This document shows positions 11,219 to 19,688 of a stretch of 32,000 bases of DNA, piece by piece. The DNA lies in NCBI RefSeq assembly GCF_000012465.1, contig NC_007335.2, positions 1,380,001 through 1,412,000 on the forward strand, in the 5' to 3' direction. Each line of letters starts with the position of its first letter. The stretch's first letter is position 1. The notes below the pieces were generated by a model that was not told the origin of the DNA, did not search any database, and saw only the letters and a program-made list of their open reading frames with translations. The position numbers were made by a program, and so were the translations under genes. Source of the stretch: Prochlorococcus marinus str. NATL2A. GTDB taxonomy: Bacteria > Cyanobacteriota > Cyanobacteriia > PCC-6307 > Cyanobiaceae.

Positions 11219-11680
11219 CTAAAAAGAAATACCTATCTTATCTATTGATGATATTAATGGATCATAAAAGTTGTGAAAGAAACTGCCACTAAAAGAGAAT
11301 AAATAAACTAATCCACTTAAGAGACCTAGAGAAATAAAGTACCTAACATAGCCAGTTCTTCTTTCCAATCTAGAAACTGAAAAAAGCATAATTAATAAAA
11401 AGATTAAACCTATTGACTCGGAAAATAGTAAAGCTGATCTATCAACAACTAATTCAAAATTACTTCTCAAAATAAGATCGTTTCCCACAATATTCTTTTT
11501 TAATAAAATAAAATTAAATATCTCAGAGAAGGTTAAACTGATAATAATAAAATACGAAACTGGCTTTGTAAGCCTGTTCATTGTTTTGCTAAAACTTAAT
11601 AAGAGCAGAGCTGTAAAAAAAGATGCAATTAATGGCATCCCAGGAATTAGCCAAGTAAGATTTAACAACATGGTTATCAA
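11219..11680 (-). CDS. Truncated NuoL/NdhF N-terminal-domain-like membrane protein (possible gene remnant)
   Basis: WLIPGMPLIASFFTALLL and LVVDRSALLFSESIGLIFLLIMLFSVS-RLERRTGYVRYFISLGLLSGLVYLFSFSGSFF parallel the NuoL/NdhF N-terminus (LVLDGLS...YS..YM....Y.RFF.Y..LF...M). The ORF stops before the GWEG-containing antiporter core. Confidence 0.45.
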   Translation of the reverse strand: MITMLLNLTWLIPGMPLIASFFTALLLLSFSKTMNRLTKPVSYFIIISLTFSEIFNFILLKKNIVGNDLILRSNFELVVDRSALLFSESIGLIFLLIMLFSVSRLERRTGYVRYFISLGLLSGLVYLFSFSGSFFHNFYDPLISSIDKIGISF

Positions 11681-11955
11681 AGAAGCTTCATTTTATGTAC
11701 AGCCACAAGTTCTTTTATTAGTTCTTTAAAACAAAGAATAAAAAAACAAGCTGAATCTAAAATAATACTAATAGGCCTGGGGCTTTTCATTTTAGAAAAC
11801 GATATAATAATTTTTTAGCAAAAAAATGAGTCAAAAACAAGCTATCAATTGATAGTCAAACAAAACTTAATAGGAACAAAATAAAATCTTTTTACATTTA
11901 CATAACTCTTTTCTTTTTTTGTGTAAGGAATATAAACTACTAATACATACAACTT

Positions 11956-11996
11956 AAAAATAATAATATTCTAATAAATAGAATATTATTATTTTT
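11956..11996. repeat. Perfect 18-bp inverted repeat with a 5-nt loop (AAAAATAATAATATTCTA-ATAAA-TAGAATATTATTATTTTT)
   Basis: Read directly from the sequence. It lies inside the 466-bp gap between divergently oriented ORFs (11680 minus, 12147 plus). Confidence 0.9.
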
Positions 11997-12146
11997 ACTG
12001 ATTCTTATTAAAAATTTAGATTATTTTCTAAATGATGCATAAAGATAATGATTTAAAAAAATCTAAAAGATATCGCCACATATCAAAAAGACAAAACTCA
12101 TATCAAACTAGATTATAATTAGACTATAGAAAAGCTTTAAACTCAA

Positions 12147-12440
12147 ATGTCCGAGAATGATTCTGAAACCAATAATCAAAGTATCAATTCAGATCTAGAT
12201 GATACAAAAACAATCCAAACCAGTAATGATCCAAAAATAATTGATCAAAGTCAAGACCTCCATTCGTACCCTAAATGGATAAATAATAAAGGGGAAGAGG
12301 TAAAACAAGTTTTTGGTTTTAATGAGAATGCTGAACTCGTTAATGCCAGAGTCGCTATGATCGGTTTTTTAATGCTCATACTCACTGAATTAGCTTTTGG
12401 TGGCGAACCAGCAACGCTCAAAATTTTTGGAATTAGCTAG
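12147..12440 (+). CDS. hli: High-light-inducible protein (HLIP, one-helix CAB/ELIP/HLIP family) with a long polar N-terminal extension
   Basis: The C-terminal FGFNENAELVNARVAMIGFLMLILTELAFG matches the chlorophyll-binding helix motif (E-x2-N-G/A-R-x-A-M-x-G-F). Confidence 0.85.
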   Translation: MSENDSETNNQSINSDLDDTKTIQTSNDPKIIDQSQDLHSYPKWINNKGEEVKQVFGFNENAELVNARVAMIGFLMLILTELAFGGEPATLKIFGIS

Positions 12441-12495
12441 AAATCAAATCTTTATATTATATTTATTCCATTAACTCACTTACTTTTTACAAGCT

Positions 12496-12708
12496 ATGAA
12501 TAAAAAAACATTAATTGGTGTCTCATATGTATCTGCTTGGGTGATTCTTTGGGGCACAATTGGTTCACTTATTGATTTTTATTTCCTTCAAAATACATAT
12601 CTTCCTGGATCAATAGGGCAGTTTGCAACATTTATAATTACAGCTTTTCTCTCTTCAATTATTGCCATATATATTTTCCCAACTATAAATAATAAATTTA
12701 TAAGTTAA
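12496..12708 (+). CDS. Hypothetical small membrane protein (two predicted TM helices)
   Basis: The ORF has two hydrophobic segments and no recognisable motif. Confidence 0.4.
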   Translation: MNKKTLIGVSYVSAWVILWGTIGSLIDFYFLQNTYLPGSIGQFATFIITAFLSSIIAIYIFPTINNKFIS

Positions 12709-12944
12709 TAACGATAACGTTCAACTACTTGAGAAGGCTTGTCATTGATTCCTTTCTGATAAAGAATCCATTGATTAGTTTCTAGATCGTGATCACAACC
12801 CAAGCCTTCTAGTTCAACAGATTGCAATCGTAATTCATAATGACATTGCTGATCAGCTTCAAAAGCGGATTTATAGCCAGTAAAAAAATATAAATATCCA
12901 AGAATAATTGCTATTAAAGAAATAAACACAATACTTATTTTCAT
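12705..12944 (-). CDS. Hypothetical small protein with N-terminal TM/signal anchor and two Cys
   Basis: The N-terminus MKISIVFISLIAIILGYLYFF is hydrophobic and the soluble tail has Cys at two positions. No family is recognised. Confidence 0.45.
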   Translation of the reverse strand: MKISIVFISLIAIILGYLYFFTGYKSAFEADQQCHYELRLQSVELEGLGCDHDLETNQWILYQKGINDKPSQVVERYRY

Positions 12945-13001
12945 AAAAGCTAATCAATCATTAATGATATATTAGCTTTTCTCGTAGACAAAAAAAAGAA
13001 T

Positions 13002-13190
13002 TTATAATTTTTTCTCTTTTCCTGTTTCTAAAGGTATCTCACATTCAGTTAAATCATGATCGTTTAAACGATCCAATATACGAACCATATCAAGAGCTGA
13101 CAGCTCCCCATCAGTTCCCCATTTAAGAGTTGTCTTTCGCTGTTGAGGGATTTTTTTCGCCTTGTCCTCCTGGCTTCTTTTTTGGGCCAT
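13002..13190 (-). CDS. Hypothetical small soluble protein (62 aa from the internal ATG)
   Basis: The track ORF runs 13002..13268, but its first 26 codons are low-complexity AT-rich sequence. The ATG at 13190 (MAQKRSQEDK...) gives a more protein-like product. No family is recognised. Confidence 0.35.
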   Translation of the reverse strand: MAQKRSQEDKAKKIPQQRKTTLKWGTDGELSALDMVRILDRLNDHDLTECEIPLETGKEKKL

Positions 13191-13365
13191 TACTACTAAG
13201 ATTTCTCTAATAAAAATATTAAAATATAGAGATTGCATCTCAAAACTCAAAAAAGAATTCTTAGCCAAACTTTACTTTTATTTTTTATTAGTAGTATTTC
13301 CCTGTTTTTATAAATCCGACTAAATTGTTCCTAATGATTGAATTATTAGGTTTATAAAACAGCTA

Positions 13366-13638
13366 TCATCGTCCAAAATTGTAAACAAACTCTTGAAATC
13401 CAGGATTGTAAAAGTAAACAAGTACACTAATAACTAATAAGACATTTAAACCAATTACTATTGAACCAATAATAACTCTCTGACGCTTACCTGGGACTTT
13501 ATATTTCATGCCAGCTGGCAGGTTAACTAATACATCTGGATCATTAGAAGTTGATTTCTTAAACTTATTGTCCTTAACCTTATTGGCCTTGGTTGCCTTA
13601 TCATTAGTTTTTTTGGAATTAAAAGCTTTAGAGCCCAT
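13366..13638 (-). CDS. Hypothetical Lys-rich protein with a C-terminal TM helix
   Basis: A basic, disordered-looking N-terminus is followed by VIIGSIVIGLNVLLVISVLVYFY. No family is recognised. Confidence 0.45.
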   Translation of the reverse strand: MGSKAFNSKKTNDKATKANKVKDNKFKKSTSNDPDVLVNLPAGMKYKVPGKRQRVIIGSIVIGLNVLLVISVLVYFYNPGFQEFVYNFGR

Positions 13639-13785
13639 TTTCTTAGTTAGAAGAATTTCTTTATCTTTATACTTCTAAGCTTACTTAAGCGAATCAGATA
13701 AAAACCTCTTTTGTTCTAGTTTTTCACATTAGTTTGTTAACTAACTCAGAAATCAATAATCAAGTGATAAATTTATTGATTATAT

Positions 13786-14163
13786 TTAGCAATATTTCTT
13801 GATCGAATCAATAATACTTTTAGCTTCTTTTCTTTTGAAATTAGAATTCATAGCCATTATTAAATTTGCCTCTAAACCTAGTAATCTAGTCTGACAAGAA
13901 AACTTTTTATTTATTGCAGCCCTTTTTTGATAGTCATTTATTTTAAATAATGCTTCCTTGCAGGATTTGATGTTTTTATAACATCTAATCACCAAAGTAT
14001 CAATTTCCAGAAATTCTTTGGATTCTATTGATATCAGTGGATTTAAAGGAATGAATATATATATATAAAGAACAAGTAAGAATTTAATTTTTTCAAATGT
14101 ATAACTAATCAAAACATAATCTCCAATAAAATGTGTTGATAATTTCTTTAGTATGACTAACAA
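13786..14163 (-). CDS. Hypothetical protein; hydrophobic N-terminal half, Cys-containing C-terminal half
   Basis: ORF evidence only. It starts with TTG and the start is uncertain. The composition is very AT-driven, so coding status is uncertain. Confidence 0.3.
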   Translation of the reverse strand: MLVILKKLSTHFIGDYVLISYTFEKIKFLLVLYIYIFIPLNPLISIESKEFLEIDTLVIRCYKNIKSCKEALFKINDYQKRAAINKKFSCQTRLLGLEANLIMAMNSNFKRKEAKSIIDSIKKYC

Positions 14164-14220
14164 TAGCTACGTAAATAATAAGAAAGCTTATTTTCTTAAT
14201 CATACAAAGTTGAGATTTTC

Positions 14221-14255
14221 ACAAAAAAAAGGGACTCATTTTTAAAGAGTCCCTT
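14221..14255 (-). terminator. Rho-independent terminator downstream of the HU gene
   Basis: On the minus strand AAGGGACUC-UUUAAAAAU-GAGUCCCUU forms a 9-bp stem and runs into a U-tract (plus-strand A-run at 14223-14230). It lies 44 nt after the hup stop codon. Confidence 0.75.
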
Positions 14256-14298
14256 ATAAAAATAAAAAGGTAAGTAAGCAAAACAGCTTTTTAAAAAC

Positions 14299-14574
14299 TC
14301 ATCCCTGAACACGGTCTTTAAACAATTTCCCAGCTGTAAATGCAGGGACTCGCTTAGCAGGTATTGCTATCTTTTCTCCAGTTTTAGGGTTAAGTCCCTG
14401 ACGTGCAGAACGATCGCGGGGCTCAAATGAGCCAAACCCCAGAATGGAGACTTTCTTACCCTCCACTACAGAATCAATAATTGTATCTATGGCGGCATCA
14501 ACTACCAGAGAGACGTCTGTTTTAGTTAGCTCTGTACGAGCAGCAACCAGGTTGACTAAATCTGCTTTGTTCAT
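14299..14574 (-). CDS. hup: Nucleoid-associated DNA-binding protein HU
   Basis: MNKADLV...GFGSFEPRDRSARQGLNPKTGEKIAIPAKRVPAFTAGKLFKD is the classic HU/IHF fold signature. Length is 91 aa. Confidence 0.95.
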   Translation of the reverse strand: MNKADLVNLVAARTELTKTDVSLVVDAAIDTIIDSVVEGKKVSILGFGSFEPRDRSARQGLNPKTGEKIAIPAKRVPAFTAGKLFKDRVQG

Positions 14575-15306
14575 TGGAAGGATTGTATGTAGCAGGGAGT
14601 AAGAGGAGGGAAACCAATATGAAATTAGTTTCCAAAAAACTCAATCTTGCTAATCGTATGGACCAAATCACTTACCTGCAACCCAAAGTGCTTGTGCCAG
14701 TAAGCTTTTTAAAAAATATATCTGCATTTTTTCTTCATTGAATAATCTTTCCAAGATTCAAACTAGATAGCTTAAGAAAGATGCAAGTTTTCTATTTTTC
14801 CCAAGAAGCCTGTCAGGGAAAGACTTCTGAAAAGATATATTTCTAAATTCATTCTAAAGAAGAGCTCTGAGGTGTGAAATTAATTATTTTTTCTAACAAA
14901 AATAAGACATTTAATTAAATTCTCATGAATTAACAAAGGTCTGCAGAACAGCACATTTATTGGTATTACAAAATAATATCCACTCTAAAAAAGAGAAAAA
15001 TAAATGAAAAATCAGATTATTTCTAGCTCTAGGACATCCATTTTGAAGCTGTAATACCTTAAAGCTCTAAAATTTTGATTTTCAATTGGAATAAGAATCT
15101 CTTTAAAATTCGTCCAAAACCCAAAACTCATCAAATCAACGAAGTTATCTCGCCAAAACGATTTAGTATTCATTTTTAAATGAATCAAATGCCTAATACA
15201 AGTTTCTTTTATGATTGAATTTCGTTTTTTATAACTTGTTAAAACAAACTAAGCACCTAACTTGTAGGGAAAGTTACTTGATTATTTTTGTAAAGGACAA
15301 ACACAA

Positions 15307-17367
15307 TTGGGAAAAGTAAAAGTTGGTTCAGCATGGCCTTTGGGTAGCTCCGTTACTCTTGATGGGGTTAATTTCTCTATCGCAGCACCACATGCAACAA
15401 ATTTAGAATTATTAATCTTCCAGAATGAAGATGACGAGTATGCAAAAGAAACAATATCCTTAGATCAGAAAAATAGGTCTGGAGATTATTGGCACGTTGA
15501 AATAGAGGGTCTAGCTGAAGGAACTTTATATGGATATAAAGTATCAATTGATGGGCAAAAAGCTGCCGAGGACCATCTTGTTTTAGATCCATGTGCCAGA
15601 GCAATTACAGGGTGGAAGAATTACATAAGGAATCATAAAGAAAAAGTGAATAGAGGTTATGCTCATTGCCTCAAGGGAGTAGTAACTAAAAGAGATTATT
15701 TTGATTTCAAATCTCACCCTAGGCCTAAACATTCATGGAATAAAACTATTATTTATGAATTACATGTTGGTGGATTTACGAAAAGTAATGATTCAAGTGT
15801 TAGTGAAAGAAAGAAAGGTACATTTTTAGGATTAATTGAAAAGATACCTTATCTTAAAAGTCTTGGCATTACAACTATTGAATTACTTCCGGTATTCGCT
15901 TTTGATTCTAACGATGCCCCTGAAGGACTTGTTAACTATTGGGGATATAGTCCTATTAATTGGTTCACGCCACATCAAGATTTTGTAGATAGTTGTAATC
16001 CATTAGAAGCTAGGAGACAATTCAAAAAATTAGTAGAAGTTTGCCATGATAATGAGCTAGAAGTATTAATAGATGTTGTTTATAATCACACAACAGAAGG
16101 GAATCAAAATGGTCCAAATATAAGTTGGAAAAATTTTGGTCCTAAAACTTACTATCATCAAGACGATAAAGAAAATTACCAAGATGTGAGTGGATGTGGA
16201 AATAGTATTGCCGCTAATCGTCCTTTAGTTAGAAAATTAATATTGGAATCATTGCGTTGTTGGGCAATTGAGTTAGGTGTTGATGGATTTCGTTTTGACT
16301 TAGGTATTGCTTTGAGTAGAGGCGAAAATTTAATTCCTTTAGATAAACCTCCCTTATTTGAAGAAATAGAAGCAGATCCTAAACTTAGCGATGTGAAATT
16401 AATCAGTGAGCCTTGGGATTGTGGTGGACTTTACAAACTAGGTGATTTTCCAGCGAAACAATTCAGAACTTGGAATGGTCATTTTAGAGATGATATTAGA
16501 CGATTTTGGAAAGGAGATAAAGGCACAATCTGGCCACTTAAAGATAGATTAATAGGTAGTAAGTCCCTATATAAAGATAATAATTTAGCAAATATATTTA
16601 GTATTAATTTCATAACTTCTCATGATGGATTCACATTAAAAGATCTAGTAAGTTTTAACAAAAAGCATAACCTTGCAAATGGGGAAAATAATAGAGATGG
16701 GGAGAACAATAATAATAGTTATAATTATGGAGTTGAAGGACCAACTACTGATAAAGAAATAAATAATTTAAGGCAAAAACAACAAAGAAATCTTCTTGCA
16801 ACACTTCTTTTATCTCCTGGAGTACCAATGATTTTAATGGGAGACGAATTAGGTAGAAGCCAAGGGGGGAATAACAACACATGGTGTCAAGACAACCCAC
16901 TTGGTTGGATGGATTGGAATCACAACAATTGGGATCATGACTTAAAAGAATTTGTATTAAAGCTGATATCTCTAAGGAAACAACTATCTGAATTTTTCAG
17001 TCCTGATAGTATTTATGATTGTCAAAAAGATAATACCAAGGTCAAAACATCTTATTTTTGGATTCAGTGGCATGGCATTAAAGTTAATAAACCTGACTGG
17101 GGTGACTGGTCACATACTCTTGGATTTAGCATTAACAAAAACAATGATGGCTCAGCAATTTGGCTTGGCTTCAATGCTTACAAAGAATCAATGCTTTTTG
17201 ACTTACCAACCCCAATTTCTCCTTGGAAAAAATATATTGATACGTCTATCTTGAAAACTAAAAATGTCTCCAAAAAAACCCTAGCGAATCAATCAAATGT
17301 TCGGATTGAAAGTAACAGTCTTGTTCTTATGGTCTCCAGCGAGTATTCAAAAAAAATTAAGCTATGA
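15307..17367 (+). CDS. glgX: Glycogen debranching enzyme / isoamylase (GH13, GlgX type)
   Basis: The N-terminus parallels GlgX (G..PLG......GVNF..F...A..LEL..F). GH13 blocks are present: DVVYNHT, GVDGFRFDLG, EPWD and FITSHDGFTL. The start is TTG at 15307. Confidence 0.9.
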   Translation: MGKVKVGSAWPLGSSVTLDGVNFSIAAPHATNLELLIFQNEDDEYAKETISLDQKNRSGDYWHVEIEGLAEGTLYGYKVSIDGQKAAEDHLVLDPCARAITGWKNYIRNHKEKVNRGYAHCLKGVVTKRDYFDFKSHPRPKHSWNKTIIYELHVGGFTKSNDSSVSERKKGTFLGLIEKIPYLKSLGITTIELLPVFAFDSNDAPEGLVNYWGYSPINWFTPHQDFVDSCNPLEARRQFKKLVEVCHDNELEVLIDVVYNHTTEGNQNGPNISWKNFGPKTYYHQDDKENYQDVSGCGNSIAANRPLVRKLILESLRCWAIELGVDGFRFDLGIALSRGENLIPLDKPPLFEEIEADPKLSDVKLISEPWDCGGLYKLGDFPAKQFRTWNGHFRDDIRRFWKGDKGTIWPLKDRLIGSKSLYKDNNLANIFSINFITSHDGFTLKDLVSFNKKHNLANGENNRDGENNNNSYNYGVEGPTTDKEINNLRQKQQRNLLATLLLSPGVPMILMGDELGRSQGGNNNTWCQDNPLGWMDWNHNNWDHDLKEFVLKLISLRKQLSEFFSPDSIYDCQKDNTKVKTSYFWIQWHGIKVNKPDWGDWSHTLGFSINKNNDGSAIWLGFNAYKESMLFDLPTPISPWKKYIDTSILKTKNVSKKTLANQSNVRIESNSLVLMVSSEYSKKIKL

Positions 17368-17379
17368 GAATCAAAATTA

Positions 17380-17450
<71 letters not shown>

Positions 17451-17538
17451 GCTAGAAATAAAAACTACTCACTGTTGGAGTAAAAGTTAATTTAGCTTTC
17501 TCCATTATTACCTTGCGAGTCCCATTATCCAAAAAAGA

Positions 17539-18942
17539 GTGAATAATTCCACATCGCTTTACGAAGGAAATAATCGCACAAGACTAATGATCTCTTATGC
17601 AATGGGAGATGCTGGAACGGGATTAGCCGCAATACAGCTAGGTACTTATCTATTTCTTTTTTTTACTTGTGCTGCAGGAATTCCTGCATTTATTGCAGGC
17701 TCGCTTCTGATGGTTTCAAAACTTTGGGATGCGATAAATGATCCTCTAATTGGATGGATGAGTGATCGCACCAGATCAAGATGGGGGCCAAGGCTTCCAT
17801 GGATGATTGGAGGTGCTGTTCCACTTGGTTTATTCCTTGCCGCAATGTGGTGGGTCCCTCCTGGAGATATAGATGCGAAAACAATTTATTACGTATTTGC
17901 AGCAATTTTTTTGATGACAGCTTATACAGCAGTAAATCTACCTTTTGCAGCATTATCTACTGAGCTAACTGAAAATATAGCTATTAGAACAAGACTTAAT
18001 GCTGCAAGATTTACTGGATCTATTATAGCTGGAACCACTGGATTAATAGTGGCTGCAGGCTTCTTATCTCAAGGAGTAGAAGGTTATACTTCGATGGGGA
18101 GAGTAACAGGAGTTATTGCTACTTTTACCACGTTAATTGCTTGCTGGGGACTAGCCCCATTTGCAAAAAAAGCCAGAAAGCCCACTTCTCAATCTGAACC
18201 TTTTAATCAGCAGCTAAAAAGAGTTTTAAATAATAAACTTTTCACACGAATTATTGCTCTTTACTTGCTGCTTTGGTGCGGACTCCAATTAATGCAAACC
18301 GTTTCATTAATCTATCTTGAGCAAGTAATGCTTGTTCCAATAGAAATTTCAAAATGGATCCCTATACCATTTCAAATTAGTACTCTATTAGGTCTACAGT
18401 TTTGGAGCTTTTACTCCAATAAATATGGAAGAATATCAGCACTATTCAAAGGTGGGAAAATATGGGTATTAGCCTGTTTTTTAGTTATATTTATGCCACC
18501 AATAACTAAAGGAGTCAGTATCAATTCTTTATTAGCCTTTGGTAATATTGATGGTATAAAGATGCTAATTCTTTTATTTATAATTATTTTAGTAGGGTTT
18601 GGAGCTTCTACAGCATATCTTATTCCTTGGTCTTTACTTCCTGATGCTATTGATCAAGATCCCGAAAAGCCTTCAGGAATATATACAGCATGGATGGTTT
18701 TTATTCAGAAAATAGGTATTGGTTTAAGCGTTCAATTTCTAGGAGTTCTTTTATCTTTATCAGGATATAAATCATCCACTAATTGCTTATCAAGTCTTGA
18801 AGACTTAGATCAACCTCTAACAGCAATTATTACTATTAGATTATGCATGGGATTAATACCTTCTTTACTAGTAATTGCTGGATTAATAACTATGAAACCG
18901 TGGCGAAGTTTAGATTTCAAATCTAGGAGATTAAGTAAATGA
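17539..18942 (+). CDS. melB: GPH-family (MelB-like) sugar:cation symporter; same family as the Prochlorococcus glucose transporter annotated melB/glcH
   Basis: Has the GPH signature DAINDPLIGWMSDRTRSRWGPRLPW and about 12 hydrophobic segments. The track start is GTG at 17539; a downstream ATG (MISYAMGD) is possible. Confidence 0.85.
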   Translation: MNNSTSLYEGNNRTRLMISYAMGDAGTGLAAIQLGTYLFLFFTCAAGIPAFIAGSLLMVSKLWDAINDPLIGWMSDRTRSRWGPRLPWMIGGAVPLGLFLAAMWWVPPGDIDAKTIYYVFAAIFLMTAYTAVNLPFAALSTELTENIAIRTRLNAARFTGSIIAGTTGLIVAAGFLSQGVEGYTSMGRVTGVIATFTTLIACWGLAPFAKKARKPTSQSEPFNQQLKRVLNNKLFTRIIALYLLLWCGLQLMQTVSLIYLEQVMLVPIEISKWIPIPFQISTLLGLQFWSFYSNKYGRISALFKGGKIWVLACFLVIFMPPITKGVSINSLLAFGNIDGIKMLILLFIIILVGFGASTAYLIPWSLLPDAIDQDPEKPSGIYTAWMVFIQKIGIGLSVQFLGVLLSLSGYKSSTNCLSSLEDLDQPLTAIITIRLCMGLIPSLLVIAGLITMKPWRSLDFKSRRLSK

Positions 18943-19688
18943 ACTACTCACCTCGTTGGCTAAGAAGGTTTTTTAGCAGTATTTTAATTGGAGGGCAAGC
19001 AATTGCATCAATAGCTAAAGGGAATATAAATAAATCAGATTTAATAGATCAATTAATGGAGGCAGGGCCAGGAAGCTTCCTTATCGTCTTAATAACAGGC
19101 ATTGCAGCAGGAACCGTTTTCAATATTCAAGTCGCAGCAGAATTAAGTAAACAAGGATTAGGTTCTGCTGTTGGAGGACTTTTAGCAATTGGTATGGCAA
19201 GAGAGATAGCTCCTTTACTTACCGCAACTCTTCTTACTGGAAAAGTTGCAACTGCTTATGCTGCTCAAATAGGAACAATGAAAGTTACTGAACAAATAGA
19301 TGCTATTACGATGTTACAAACAGATCCCGTTGAATATCTAGTTGTTCCAAGGATATGCGCAATGGTTGTAATGGCGCCAATTCAATGCTTACTATTTTTT
19401 TCTATCGCTTTATTTAGCGGTCAATTTAGCAGCACCATTCTCTATCAGATTCCACCAAGCATCTTTTGGAATTCAGTTAGAGAATGGCTGATAACATCTG
19501 ATCTTCCTTTTATGCTTGTTAAAGCATTGGTGTTTGGTCTCTTAATCGCAATTATTGCTTGCGGATGGGGATTAACCACAAGAGGCGGGCCAAAAGAAGT
19601 AGGTTCAAGCACTACTGGAGCTGTAGTTATGACTCTAATAACCGTTTCTTTAGTAGATGTTTTACTCACCCAAGTTCTTTTTGCCTAA
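18939..19688 (+). CDS. mlaE: MlaE/YrbE/TGD1-like ABC transporter permease (lipid trafficking family)
   Basis: Blocks GPGSFLIVLITGIAAGTVFNIQ, AREIAPLLTA..LTGKVATAYAAQIGTMKVTEQIDA and LVKALVFG are typical of the MlaE permease family. Its start overlaps the upstream stop as ATGA. Confidence 0.85.
   Translation: MNYSPRWLRRFFSSILIGGQAIASIAKGNINKSDLIDQLMEAGPGSFLIVLITGIAAGTVFNIQVAAELSKQGLGSAVGGLLAIGMAREIAPLLTATLLTGKVATAYAAQIGTMKVTEQIDAITMLQTDPVEYLVVPRICAMVVMAPIQCLLFFSIALFSGQFSSTILYQIPPSIFWNSVREWLITSDLPFMLVKALVFGLLIAIIACGWGLTTRGGPKEVGSSTTGAVVMTLITVSLVDVLLTQVLFA

Noticed and set aside
11891-11906. TTTACATTTACATAAC, which resembles the TTACA half-sites of the cyanobacterial HLR1 (RpaB) high-light regulatory element and lies upstream of the hli gene.
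   Set aside because: The two TTTACA units are 6 nt apart rather than the 10-nt periodicity of HLR1. The site is about 250 nt from the hli start, and such A/T hexamers are frequent by chance here.
12033-12119. A 28-codon, highly basic sORF (MMHKDNDLKKSKRYRHISKRQNSYQTRL) upstream of hli.
   Set aside because: The Lys/Arg richness is what A-rich spacer gives when translated. There is no SD or other support, and it overlaps the candidate hli -10 region.
13191-13268. First 26 codons of track ORF 13002-13268 (MAKNSFLSFEMQSLYFNIFIREILVV).
   Set aside because: The composition resembles AT-rich spacer, and the internal ATG at 13190 begins a more protein-like sequence. This is not proven either way.
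13751-13781. A 9-bp A/T inverted repeat (AATCAATAA ... TTATTGATT) just downstream of the 13786-14163 ORF stop.
   Set aside because: The stem is short and all A/T, the loop is 13 nt, and no U-tract follows on the relevant strand. This is too weak to call a terminator.
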